Shown here in pieces: positions 33,101 to 41,780 of a stretch of DNA of 64,000 nt. The stretch's first letter is position 1. Each line of letters opens with the position of its first letter. A program made the position numbers and the translations under genes. The notes beneath the pieces are model-generated. The model ran no database searches, was not told where the DNA came from, and worked only from the letters and a program-made list of their open reading frames with translations. The stretch is taken from assembly GCA_004356105.1 (NCBI GenBank), contig SMYC01000045.1, positions 172 to 64,171 on the forward strand. The letters run 5' to 3'. This stretch comes from Acidobacteriota bacterium. GTDB taxonomy: Bacteria; Acidobacteriota; Vicinamibacteria; Marinacidobacterales; SMYC01.

Positions 33101-34265
33101 GCCGAAAGTCCGTTAGAGGCACCCAGCGGCCTTCTTCGACGCGAAACAAGCGCATGCCTTTCGCGCCCCTGTGATTCTCGCCCGTGAATGTAATCGGGAA
33201 GGTCACACCGCCGGTGTCGAAATCAGCGAGCCCCTCGAGCGCCGCTTTGACGTTCTTGCCGGTGAGAGGCAAGCGGTCGTGGACGACGCGCCGGATGCCC
33301 TCCGTCATGACCGCCATCGTCCACCATCCCTGTCCGTACGGAACACCTTGGTCCTCGAGAGCACTCCCGTCTTTCAGAAGGAGATAGGCGCGCGCCTCTT
33401 CGAGCCCGCTCACGCCCTCGGAAGCTGGCGGCGCGAAAGGCATCGCCCCGACGACACCTTCGCTCGCCTCTCTCGCGAGCTCGACGAGAAGCTCATTGGC
33501 GCACCAGTTCAAACAAAAGAAGGGGATCGTCATCGAGAGGCTTGCCGCGTTCTTGAGCACGACGGAGACGGGAGCCGACGTGTTTTGAAAGACGACGTAT
33601 TCCGCACCCCATTCGCGCAGGCGCGTGAGCTCTGCCGTGAAATCCGTGCTGCCACGCGGCATCTCCTGCGCCATCAGCTCGATGCCTTGGGCCGCGGCGT
33701 AGTCGCGTCCGAGCTGCTCGTAAGGCGACAAGCCGAACGGCGATGCGTGGTGAAGAAGCGCTATTTTCGGGCTTCCGTCCGGATGATTCTCCACAATCCA
33801 GTCGATAACGATCAGAAACTGATCGCTATAAGTCGTGCCCGCGAGGAAATTGTAGGGTGCTTCCTTTGGATCGCCGAGCACGTGCGAGTAGGACGCCGAC
33901 ATGAACGGTACTTGATCGTCGGCGATGCGGCCGCGGAGTGCTTCTGTGTCTCCCGTACCCCAGCCCATGAAAGCCACGACGCCTTCGCTGACGAACTCGC
34001 TGTAGAGCTGCTCGGCGCGGTCAACCCGATAACCGTAATCCTGATACAGCAGCATGAGCGGGCGGCCGTCGATGCCGCCGTTGCTGTTGACCCAGCCGAC
34101 ATAGTCACGGACACCGTCGGCATAGATCGTCCCCACATCCGAAGTGGCCCCGGTGAGCGCGAAGATAGCGCCGACGAGGATGGTATCGTCCTCCTCCGAG
34201 CCTCCGCCACCTCCGCACGCCATGCAAAGCGCGAGCGCTGACGCACCGAGGAGTCTTTTGTCCAT
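33084..34265 (-). CDS. HAAT ABC substrate-binding lipoprotein
   Basis: Lipobox LCMAC, LTGATSDVG, NSNGGIDGR, GWGTGDTEAL; start ATG 34265. Confidence 0.9.
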   Translation of the reverse strand: MDKRLLGASALALCMACGGGGGSEEDDTILVGAIFALTGATSDVGTIYADGVRDYVGWVNSNGGIDGRPLMLLYQDYGYRVDRAEQLYSEFVSEGVVAFMGWGTGDTEALRGRIADDQVPFMSASYSHVLGDPKEAPYNFLAGTTYSDQFLIVIDWIVENHPDGSPKIALLHHASPFGLSPYEQLGRDYAAAQGIELMAQEMPRGSTDFTAELTRLREWGAEYVVFQNTSAPVSVVLKNAASLSMTIPFFCLNWCANELLVELAREASEGVVGAMPFAPPASEGVSGLEEARAYLLLKDGSALEDQGVPYGQGWWTMAVMTEGIRRVVHDRLPLTGKNVKAALEGLADFDTGGVTFPITFTGENHRGAKGMRLFRVEEGRWVPLTDFRHAPSK

Positions 34266-34391
34266 TGGGGAGATTCTAGTAGGAAACCAGCCGCGAGCGG
34301 AAGTCATCACACACGCATATAAGACAAGTAACCTTAACTTTATGTCGGCGCTGCTTTACACTGCGGTTCTCGAGTCAAAGGAGGCAAGACG

Positions 34392-34493
34392 ATGAAACAG
34401 ACCAAACGGTCACTTTGGGTGTTTTGTGCGATGAGCGAGCGGGACCGCCGGAATCAGTTGCGACTCGTTGGCTGGATCTTCGCGTGGGCGTGA
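34392..34493 (+). pseudogene. Truncated membrane-protein partner of the XRE regulator
   Basis: AAGGAGG RBS; 33-aa MKQTKRSLW...LRLVGWIFAWA whose stop overlaps the XRE GTG. Confidence 0.4.
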
Positions 34494-34696
34494 AGAACCG
34501 GCTCAAGGTTCTGCGCGCCGAGCGAGACTGGACCCAGGCCCAGCTGGCTCTGGAGCTGGACGTCTCGCGCCAGACCGTCAACGCCATCGAGAGGGGCAAG
34601 TTCGATCCCAGCCTTCCTCTGGCGTTTCGCATCGCCGACCTGTTCGACCTGTCCATAGAGACGGTGTTCAGGCCTAACGGGAAGGAACATAGCTGA
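34490..34696 (+). CDS. XRE/Cro-C1 HTH transcriptional regulator
   Basis: KNRLKVLRAERDWTQAQLALELDVSRQTVNAIERGKFDPSLPLAF. Confidence 0.9.
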   Translation: MKNRLKVLRAERDWTQAQLALELDVSRQTVNAIERGKFDPSLPLAFRIADLFDLSIETVFRPNGKEHS

Positions 34697-34761
34697 TGTC
34701 GCGGCGCCCGTTACTCTGGTTGCATATCTTTTGACGCTGGCGATAACATCGGCACGTCGTT

Positions 34762-35928
34762 ATGTTCGATAGGACCTCATTTCTCAAAGCCAATACACTT
34801 CTCGCCGGGTTGTCGACCGATATCGTGTCCGATCTCGCGAGCCGGATGCGCGAGGTGCGGGCATCGGCAGGCGAGGTGATTTTCAGCGAAGGCGAGCCGG
34901 GGGACGCGGCGTATTTCATCGTCGAGGGAACGCTCTTTGTCGAGAAAGACGGCATCCGCATCGTCGAGATGTCGGCGGGAGATTGTGTCGGTGAGTTCGC
35001 CCTCATCGACGAAGGGCCGCGAAGCGCCACCGCGATCGCGAAGACGGATGTCCTGCTTCTCGAATGGCGCCACGCCGAGTTCGAAAGGGCGCTGACGCTC
35101 GGTAGCTCCGTCGCGAAGGGCATCTTCCAACACCTCATCTCTAAGCTCCGTCGCGACGTGTCGCTTCAAGTATCCGCCGGCCTCGAACGGGAGCGCTGGC
35201 AGCAGGATCTGAAGCGAGCCCACGAGATTCAAATGGCGATGCTGCCGCAAGGAGATCTCCTCATCGAGCACGCCGAGATTTCCGGATACTGCAAGCCGGC
35301 TGCCGATGTCGGTGGGGATTACCACGATTACGTGGAGATCGGGACGGACGCCACCGGTGTCATCCTCGCCGACGTGACCGGGCACGGCTTCTACGCGGGC
35401 CTGCTCGTGGCCATGGCAAAGAGCTGTTTGCACACGCAAGCCAAGATCGATGCCTCGCCGGCCGCGGTCATGGCGGCGATGAATTGGACCGTGTTTCATT
35501 CGGTGCAAACCGGGCTCTTGATGAGCGGCTGCTACGTGCGTCTCGAGCACAAAGCGCGCACGTTGAGTTATACGAATGCGGGGCATCCTTTTCCGTTCCT
35601 CTATCATCGAGCCACCGACTGCATGGATAGGCTCGAGTCGACGGATCTGCTTCTCGGCATACCGGGCTTCGAAGACATGGCGTTCTCGGCTCGCGAGAGA
35701 CAGTGGGAGCCGGGCGATCTCCTCGTCCTCTTCTCGGACGGCATTCACGAAGCGCTTTCGGCCGACGACGAAGAGTTCGGCGAAGAGCGTCTCGAGCGCG
35801 TGATCTTGGAAGCGAAAGACGAGCAGCCGAGAGAGGTGCGCGACCGGATCTTACACGCCGTCGCCGAGCACTCGCGCGGCGTCGCGCCCGCGGACGACGT
35901 GACCGTCGTCGTGGCGAAGGCCCGCTAG
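34762..35928 (+). CDS. Cyclic-nucleotide-binding domain fused to SpoIIE/PP2C phosphatase
   Basis: GEFALIDEGPRSATA (cNMP); VGGDYHD, ADVTGHG, NAGHP, FSDGIHE, DDVT. Confidence 0.92.
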   Translation: MFDRTSFLKANTLLAGLSTDIVSDLASRMREVRASAGEVIFSEGEPGDAAYFIVEGTLFVEKDGIRIVEMSAGDCVGEFALIDEGPRSATAIAKTDVLLLEWRHAEFERALTLGSSVAKGIFQHLISKLRRDVSLQVSAGLERERWQQDLKRAHEIQMAMLPQGDLLIEHAEISGYCKPAADVGGDYHDYVEIGTDATGVILADVTGHGFYAGLLVAMAKSCLHTQAKIDASPAAVMAAMNWTVFHSVQTGLLMSGCYVRLEHKARTLSYTNAGHPFPFLYHRATDCMDRLESTDLLLGIPGFEDMAFSARERQWEPGDLLVLFSDGIHEALSADDEEFGEERLERVILEAKDEQPREVRDRILHAVAEHSRGVAPADDVTVVVAKAR

Positions 35929-35943
35929 TGGCCCTTCCTTCGG

Positions 35944-36138
35944 TTACTCGGCGGGAACGAGACGTTTCAGCTCTTCGAGCCAGTTCTGAACGTAGATCAA
36001 TTCAGTGTCGCTGAAGCCGCCGGGCGAATCCTCCCGGATCATCAAGAAGCGCTTGCCATCACTAGACACGTCGTAGTTGCGGCCCAGGGTCCCAGGTGCG
36101 AAGTAGGTTTGTTGAAGCACAACCTCGGCCTGGCCGAA
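35944..36138 (-). pseudogene. C-terminal fragment of a Ser/Thr kinase with beta-propeller repeats
   Basis: Manual translation FGQAEVVLQQTY...RNYDVSSDGKRFLMIRE...LIYVQNWLEELKRLVPAE*; absent from the ORF track. Confidence 0.7.
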
Positions 36139-36538
36139 TTAATCCGTGATCCACCGCGATGAAATATCACGAACAGCACCACCGTGATGGGGACAGGTAA
36201 CGATGAAATATGAACGCTGACCTTCGATATTTCATGGCAATACTCAACACCATCATTTCGGGAAAAAACCATTTGAACCAGCGGAGAGGCTCCTCGAGAA
36301 TTTTCCCGTGGTTGCACACGACTACACCGAAAGTCACGTGCTCGATGCACTCGGCGATAAGAGATCTGAGACTCACGCGTCTCGACGTCGTTCACTTTGG
36401 GAAGGACACGTTTCCCCTCATTAAAGTTGTACGAGCCATCGCCGCCAGCCGCCTGCTCATGGATTTGTAGTCTTTGTAGACGGGCTCACCCAAGACTTCG
36501 GGTTGGTCCCCCCGCCCTATATCCACCGTGGCGATGCG

Positions 36539-36946
36539 CTAAGTGCGGGGTCGCTCCCAATCCTCCCAGCTCAAACCGACAATTCGCGAGAACTCGTCCA
36601 CGTCGTGCGTTACGAGCGTCAGATCGTGGGTAGTGGCAATCGAAGCGATCATCAAGTCGTTCGGCCCGATGGACTGGCCCATGCGCTCGAGCTCCGAGCG
36701 AATGACGCCGTACTTTTTCGAGCAATCGTCGTCAAAAGGAAGCGAGACGAGCGGGCCGAAGAACTCACCTAGGACGCGAAGGTTGTCTGCGGGCCGAGCA
36801 CTCTTGCGCGCGCCGTAGTCGAGCTCGGCCTTCACGACGGAACAGAGACGTATCGCGGAGGGTGACTGCAACCGGAATCTCTCGACCAGCTCAGCCGATG
36901 AGCTATTCAGTATCTTGATGCATGCGTTCGTGTCCAGCAGGTACAT
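36539..36946 (-). CDS. vapC: VapC PIN-domain toxin
   Basis: MYLLDTNACI, VVKAELDYGA, IGPNDLMIA, LVTHDVDEFSRI. Confidence 0.92.
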   Translation of the reverse strand: MYLLDTNACIKILNSSSAELVERFRLQSPSAIRLCSVVKAELDYGARKSARPADNLRVLGEFFGPLVSLPFDDDCSKKYGVIRSELERMGQSIGPNDLMIASIATTHDLTLVTHDVDEFSRIVGLSWEDWERPRT

Positions 36947-37169
36947 CCAGCTCCTCGCGCTTTTCGAGCTCCAGGGAGCGCGGCCGTTCGAGCGCTTCGC
37001 CTTTCCAGCCGCCGATGACGGCTTCGAAATAGCCGTCGGGCCACTCGTCGGCCACTTGGTTTCGGACGAGCTCGGCAAGAAAAGCGGAAACGCTAAGCCC
37101 GCGGTCATAGGCCCGCCTCCGAACTTCTTGTGCAAGCTCTTCCGGAAGATAGAGATGCAACTGAGCCAT
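36903..37169 (-). CDS. VapB-type (RHH) antitoxin
   Basis: MAQLHLYLPEELAQEVRRRAYDRGLSVSAFLAELV; overlaps the vapC start. Confidence 0.8.
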   Translation of the reverse strand: MAQLHLYLPEELAQEVRRRAYDRGLSVSAFLAELVRNQVADEWPDGYFEAVIGGWKGEALERPRSLELEKREELDVPAGHERMHQDTE

Positions 37170-37228
37170 ATCGAATATATTCTAGCACATACTCACGAGC
37201 CAGGCATACAACGGCCGGCGAAGAGAGC

Positions 37229-37620
37229 TCAGGCGGGCAGCCTAGAAGCTGCGGTGAGGCTATAGAGGTGGATGATGGGGTAATCGGGGTTGAAGGGTTG
37301 GTCCTTCTCGGCTAGCTCCTCGAACTTTGGGACGATCTCGCCAAAGGTCATGCGTTTGTATTTCTCCTGGGGCCATTCGATGAGCCCAGGAATCGTCTTT
37401 CCCTCGCTCAGCCACTGATGAGCTGATGAGCGGTAGCTTGCAGTGGTTCGTCGTTCGTGACCAGCACCCAAGTCCTCCTTGACGGCGTGATCGAGGTGGA
37501 CCTCGTCCCTCAGGGAAGACCCCAATCCCGCGGACGACATCCCAGCCGCCTTGCCGAAGCGCCTTGATAAGTGCTCCCGTGACGTTTTCGTCTGTGCACA
37601 GAGGGAAGCGACCAAGCCAC
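37229..37620 (-). pseudogene. DUF5615-like PIN toxin with multiple frameshifts
   Basis: Frames join as RFPLCTDENV...LRQGGWDVVR / DEVHLDHAVKE / VLVTND / PGLIEWPQ; downstream of a DUF433-like fragment. Confidence 0.6.
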
Positions 37621-37830
37621 TATTGGGAGGAGTTCGAGGCTTTCTTTTTCAGGAACTCGGCTTTCTCACGCTCAAACCGCTCATCCCATTCCCTGTCCGC
37701 CTTTAGCTGAGCGTCGATTTCCTCGGGGTTTTCGTAGCAATATGACAGTGCGGCGCGGATCTGAGCCAAATTCAGAAAGTCGTACTCCTCGAGCATCTCC
37801 TCGGGGGTGTAGCCGTCTTGGTGACTAGGT
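37620..37830 (-). pseudogene. DUF433-like antitoxin, 5'-truncated
   Basis: GYTPEEMLEEYDFLNLAQIRAALSYCYENPEEID; N-terminal half missing. Confidence 0.7.
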
Positions 37831-38132
37831 ACTCGGCCTCTAACCTCCTGGGGTGACGCGCCCTTCTCGCCTAGCGGTCTTCGACAACCACGCGATCCCC
37901 CAGGACGCCCAGACGTCACCGGTCGTCAGCGGTGGCTGGTGAGCAGCATGCCCTTAACGCCTCTGCCAAGAAAGGGTATCTTCGGAGGCAACGGAAATAA
38001 AGACTCTTCAAGAAAAGACCCGCGCTGTCGAGGAGCACGAGCGAGAGGGCACTTCGGCAGCCACGAGACGTGGCGATAGCTTCGCCGGGACGTGGCCCTT
38101 CCTGTCCCGCTATCCGCGATGACGTTTTGGAG

Positions 38133-38525
38133 TCAGTGGAGTCTGGAAATGTCGGGCACTTTGTCGAAGTCACCATCAAAGGTCAAGATCCGGTCGATGC
38201 GATGGAGTCTCATCACCGCCAGATGAAGCGAATCCCGGGCTGATAAATCTGTACTCAAAGTGATCTGCTTGGCGCGCTCGAGATCCTCCACGTCCAACGA
38301 AAATATTTCGTCGACGATTCCCGTCAAAACATCGAACGCAGGCTGGATGGCGTCCCGCCGATCGATCGATGTGTAGCGATCCAGGATTTCCTGCAGCACC
38401 TCGACGTCACTGACCAGACGCTCGTTCCCGTCGAAATACTCGTCGAGGAGCTCGCGTGCGCGTGGTTTGTTGGGATGGGGCCCTCCCACGAGGTACATGG
38501 GAATGTTGGAATCGATGAAGATCAA
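38133..38525 (-). CDS. vapC: VapC PIN-domain toxin
   Basis: IFIDSNIPMY, VEVLQEILDRY, SARDSLHLAVM, ILTFDGDFD; TTG start overlaps the antitoxin stop. Confidence 0.9.
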   Translation of the reverse strand: MIFIDSNIPMYLVGGPHPNKPRARELLDEYFDGNERLVSDVEVLQEILDRYTSIDRRDAIQPAFDVLTGIVDEIFSLDVEDLERAKQITLSTDLSARDSLHLAVMRLHRIDRILTFDGDFDKVPDISRLH

Positions 38526-38776
38526 CCCGAGCTCGGTTCGTAGCCCCGCTCGATCTGCGTGATCATCTCGTCGATGTCGGCCACGGGGAATTCGTGCTCG
38601 ATCGCTCTTCGCACGGCTTGACGCTTCAAAGCAGCGGTCCGAGTCGGTTGCTGGGACCGCGCTTCGCGCAGCGTCTGACGAACCCACTCCGCAAGCGTCA
38701 TATGGTTCTGTCGTGCGATCTCCTGCAGCTCGGTCAACTCGTCCTCCTCGAAGAGGACCTGAAGGCGTTTACTCAT
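38522..38776 (-). CDS. RHH antitoxin
   Basis: MSKRLQVLFEEDELTELQEIARQNHMTLAEWVRQTL; GACTCA...TGAGTC inverted repeat upstream at ~38796-38817. Confidence 0.85.
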   Translation of the reverse strand: MSKRLQVLFEEDELTELQEIARQNHMTLAEWVRQTLREARSQQPTRTAALKRQAVRRAIEHEFPVADIDEMITQIERGYEPSSG

Positions 38777-38984
38777 TACTCGCAGTCTGGCAGACTCAAG
38801 TTAAGTTAATGAGTCAATGCGACTCACCGTCAACGCTCGATGATGCTTTCCGCGAAAGCCCCCCAGCGCACATCGCCGCTTGCCAGCCTCGAACGTGTGG
38901 TTTTCTCGTCGTGTTCAAAAACTCGAACGGAGCCGAATCCTCGAGGGCGTACTGTGCCAAAACTCGGCCGACGCCGGATACAAT

Positions 38985-39085
38985 ACATCTCCGCGATGAA
39001 CGCCGCAGCGTCCTCCGCCATCGTGCCCCCGATCTCGCCGAGAAGAACAACCGCTTCCGTTCCCGGGTCGGCCGCGAAGGCGGCC
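38985..39085 (-). pseudogene. Internal fragment of succinyl-CoA synthetase alpha subunit
   Basis: AFAADPGTEAVVLLGEIGGTMAEDAAAFIAE matches the SucD EIGG segment. Confidence 0.6.
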
Positions 39086-39086
39086 C

Positions 39087-39660
39087 TATAGCTCATTGCT
39101 TTTCCGTTGGCCGCGCATAAAGCTGTTGATGGAGCGCTGCGGGCGATTTCGAACGCGAGTTTCAGTGGAACGAGGGTAGGACGCATGAGGGTGGTGGGTT
39201 TCAGGCGAGGGTTCGGATGAGTTGCTGTCCGGGTTCGGGGATATGGTCGGTGATTCGGGCGATGAACTCGAGAACATCCCATCGTGCGATGGCGCCTGAA
39301 GGGCCCTTCGAGCGTTTAGGTCGTGCCTGGTAAGTTACCTCAGCGCGCTCGGCGTCCCAGTTCAAACGCTCGAGGACGAGGGGGCAGCGAATCATGTATT
39401 GGCCGAGCCTGACGGCGTCGGCAATGGTCTCGACCCGAACACTCGCGTCTGCGGAGAAGCCGCTATGTTTCCAACTGAGTGTGTTATTGACGGTATCGCG
39501 CCCGATGAGGTCTTTTTCTATCAAGAGACGAAAGACCTCGGCGCGGAACAGCTCTTCGAGTTTGTCGGTGTCCCAATAGAGCATGTGTCGGAAAGTGCCA
39601 TCTTTTAGAAATCCGCCGTCTGTAACGAGCACGTGGATGTGTGGATGGAAATACGATCGC
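39087..39660 (-). mobile_element. IS91-family (HUH/Y2 rolling-circle) transposase remnant
   Basis: FHPHIHVLVTDGGF (HUH), WKHSGFS, LGQYMIRCP, DVLEFIARITDHIPEPGQQLIR; both ends truncated; possible terminus near 39087. Confidence 0.8.
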
Positions 39661-39898
39661 CCTGCGTCGAAACTAGCCTCACCGAACGGCAACTGCGCCT
39701 TCCTGTTCGAATCGACGGAGACGGCTGGAGTCCGAGGCCGTCTCTTGGGATACTTCCGCCTCAAGCCGCGGACTTGCCCTCGGCAAGCTTCGAGAAACAA
39801 GCGATGCCCGCGACGAGCACCGTCTCGAAATCGGCCCGGTCGTTCTCGATTTTAAACCAAGTCGGGGCCCCCGATATCGTCCGCCGGTACCAGCCATG

Positions 39899-40942
39899 CT
39901 AATAGGAAAACGGCCACAGCCGGAAATAGGTCTTCACGTTCGACCAGATCTTGGCTAGTCCCTTCGGTTCGAGGATGAGCACCAGCAGAACGACGAGCCC
40001 GAAGACACCTTCTTGCACCGCGGGCAGGATCTCGGCGACGGCTGGGAAGCTCGTCTGAAGTGCGCGGCCGGATGTGGCGATGAGAGCGGGCAAGAGTGTT
40101 ATGACCGACGCGCCGAGAAACGAGCCCACGATACTTCCGAGCCCGCCGACGATGACCATCGCGAGATAGAGAATGCTCACCTCGAGCGTGAACCGCTCCC
40201 ACGTCACGATCGTGCGGTAATGTGCGATGAGTGCTCCGGACATGCCGACGAAAAAAGAAGACACGGCGAACGCCGTGAGCTTGTAGCGGAACACGTTGAC
40301 CCCGGAAGCTTCGGCCGCGATGTCCTGGTCGCGGATTGCAAGAAAGGCACGACCCACGCGGGAGCGAAAGAGATTGGCGGTAAAGAGCGCCGTCCCGCTC
40401 GCCGCGAGCACCGCGAACCAATAGAAACGGAAATCGGTGTTCATCCGCGCGCCGAACAGCCGCGGCGCGGGCACGACGAGCGCTTCGGTGCCGCCGGTAA
40501 GCCCCGTCCAATGGGTTACGATCCATTCGACGATCTGCTGCGCCGCCAGCGTCGCGATGGCGAGATAGAGCCCCTTCAACCGAAGTGAGGGTAGACCGAA
40601 GAACACACCGACGGCCGCCGTGAACAAGCTCGCGAGCGGGATGCTGAGCCAGAAGGGAAGGCCCCACTCGATGGTGGCGAGCCCGCTCGAGTAGGCGCCC
40701 ACCGCCATGAAAGCTCCTTGGCCGAGCGATATCTGTCCCGTGTAGCCCACCAGGATATTGAGGCCGATGGCGCCGACGGTGGCAATAGCGATCTGGTTCG
40801 CGAGCGACAAGCCGTAAGAAGTCGCGACGAACGGAAAGACGATGACCGCGACGGCAAAGAGGCCCATGCGCCACCGCTCGAGCGGCGTTCGGAAGAGCGC
40901 CATGTCCGCCGCGTAGCTGGTGAAAAAATTTCCCGAGCGCAA
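39899..40942 (-). CDS. HAAT ABC permease (LivM-like)
   Basis: GLNILVGYTGQISLGQ, RLKGLYLAIATLA, GRAFLAIRD, GGLGS. Confidence 0.93.
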   Translation of the reverse strand: MRSGNFFTSYAADMALFRTPLERWRMGLFAVAVIVFPFVATSYGLSLANQIAIATVGAIGLNILVGYTGQISLGQGAFMAVGAYSSGLATIEWGLPFWLSIPLASLFTAAVGVFFGLPSLRLKGLYLAIATLAAQQIVEWIVTHWTGLTGGTEALVVPAPRLFGARMNTDFRFYWFAVLAASGTALFTANLFRSRVGRAFLAIRDQDIAAEASGVNVFRYKLTAFAVSSFFVGMSGALIAHYRTIVTWERFTLEVSILYLAMVIVGGLGSIVGSFLGASVITLLPALIATSGRALQTSFPAVAEILPAVQEGVFGLVVLLVLILEPKGLAKIWSNVKTYFRLWPFSY

Positions 40943-40948
40943 AGCGGC

Positions 40949-41776
40949 CTACACTCTTTCCATCCGGCGCTTGCCGAACAGCCCGTACGGCCGCACCATC
41001 AGCACGACCAGCAGAAGCGCGTAGGGGACGAGCGTCTGAACGCCCATGCCGATATAGCCGGCCGCGTAAGCTTCTACGAGACCGATGAGCGCTCCGCCAA
41101 TCACTGCCCCCACTATCGAATCGAGGCCGCCGAGGATCACGACGGGGAACACGCGAAGTCCAATGGCGGTGATGTCTTGGGTCACGCCGACGAGACCCGC
41201 GAGCAAGATGCCTCCGAGCGCCGCCGCCGCCGAAGCGAGCGCCCATGCGATCGAAAGTGTTCGAGGAAGGCTGACGCCCATGCTCATCGCGGCTTGCTGA
41301 TCGTCGGCGACGGCCCGCATCGCGAGCCCTTCTCGGCTTTTGCGGAAGAACCAGCCGAGAGCGACAAGCGACACCGCCGCCACCCCGATGACGACCGGCC
41401 GATCGACGTTCAAAGGAAAATTTCGCGGCCGTACGCCCCAGATGCCTTGAATCAAGGCCCGCAAGATGCTCGAGATCGCGACCGTTGCCATGATCATCGA
41501 GATGGCCGGCTCACCAATGAGAGGACGGAGCGCGAAGCGGGCAATCGCGACGCCCACGAGGGCGGCCACGCCGAGCGCGAGGCCGAGGCCGAGCCAAGTG
41601 GGAATAGGCAGCGACAGGAAGGTGTAGCCGAGATAGGCCCCGAGAAGAAGGAGTGGGCCTTGCGCGAAATTGATGACGTCGGTGGCTTTATAAATAATGA
41701 TGAAGCCAATCGCGATGAGGGCGTAGATCATCCCGTTGGCGAGGCCCGCCAGGGTGAGCTCGGCGAAAACGTCCAT
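40949..41776 (-). CDS. HAAT ABC permease (LivH-like)
   Basis: YALIAIGF, VINFAQG, GLAMRAVADD, ILGGLDS, RPYGLFG. Confidence 0.93.
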   Translation of the reverse strand: MDVFAELTLAGLANGMIYALIAIGFIIIYKATDVINFAQGPLLLLGAYLGYTFLSLPIPTWLGLGLALGVAALVGVAIARFALRPLIGEPAISMIMATVAISSILRALIQGIWGVRPRNFPLNVDRPVVIGVAAVSLVALGWFFRKSREGLAMRAVADDQQAAMSMGVSLPRTLSIAWALASAAAALGGILLAGLVGVTQDITAIGLRVFPVVILGGLDSIVGAVIGGALIGLVEAYAAGYIGMGVQTLVPYALLLVVLMVRPYGLFGKRRMERV

Positions 41777-41780
41777 GCGC

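Noticed and set aside
36140-36480. Short low-GC ORFs
   Set aside because: No frame gave a recognisable protein; left unannotated.
36480-38830. Integron cassette array explanation for the tandem TA modules
   Set aside because: No intI gene, and no convincing paired RYYYAAC/GTTRRRY attC structures seen by eye.
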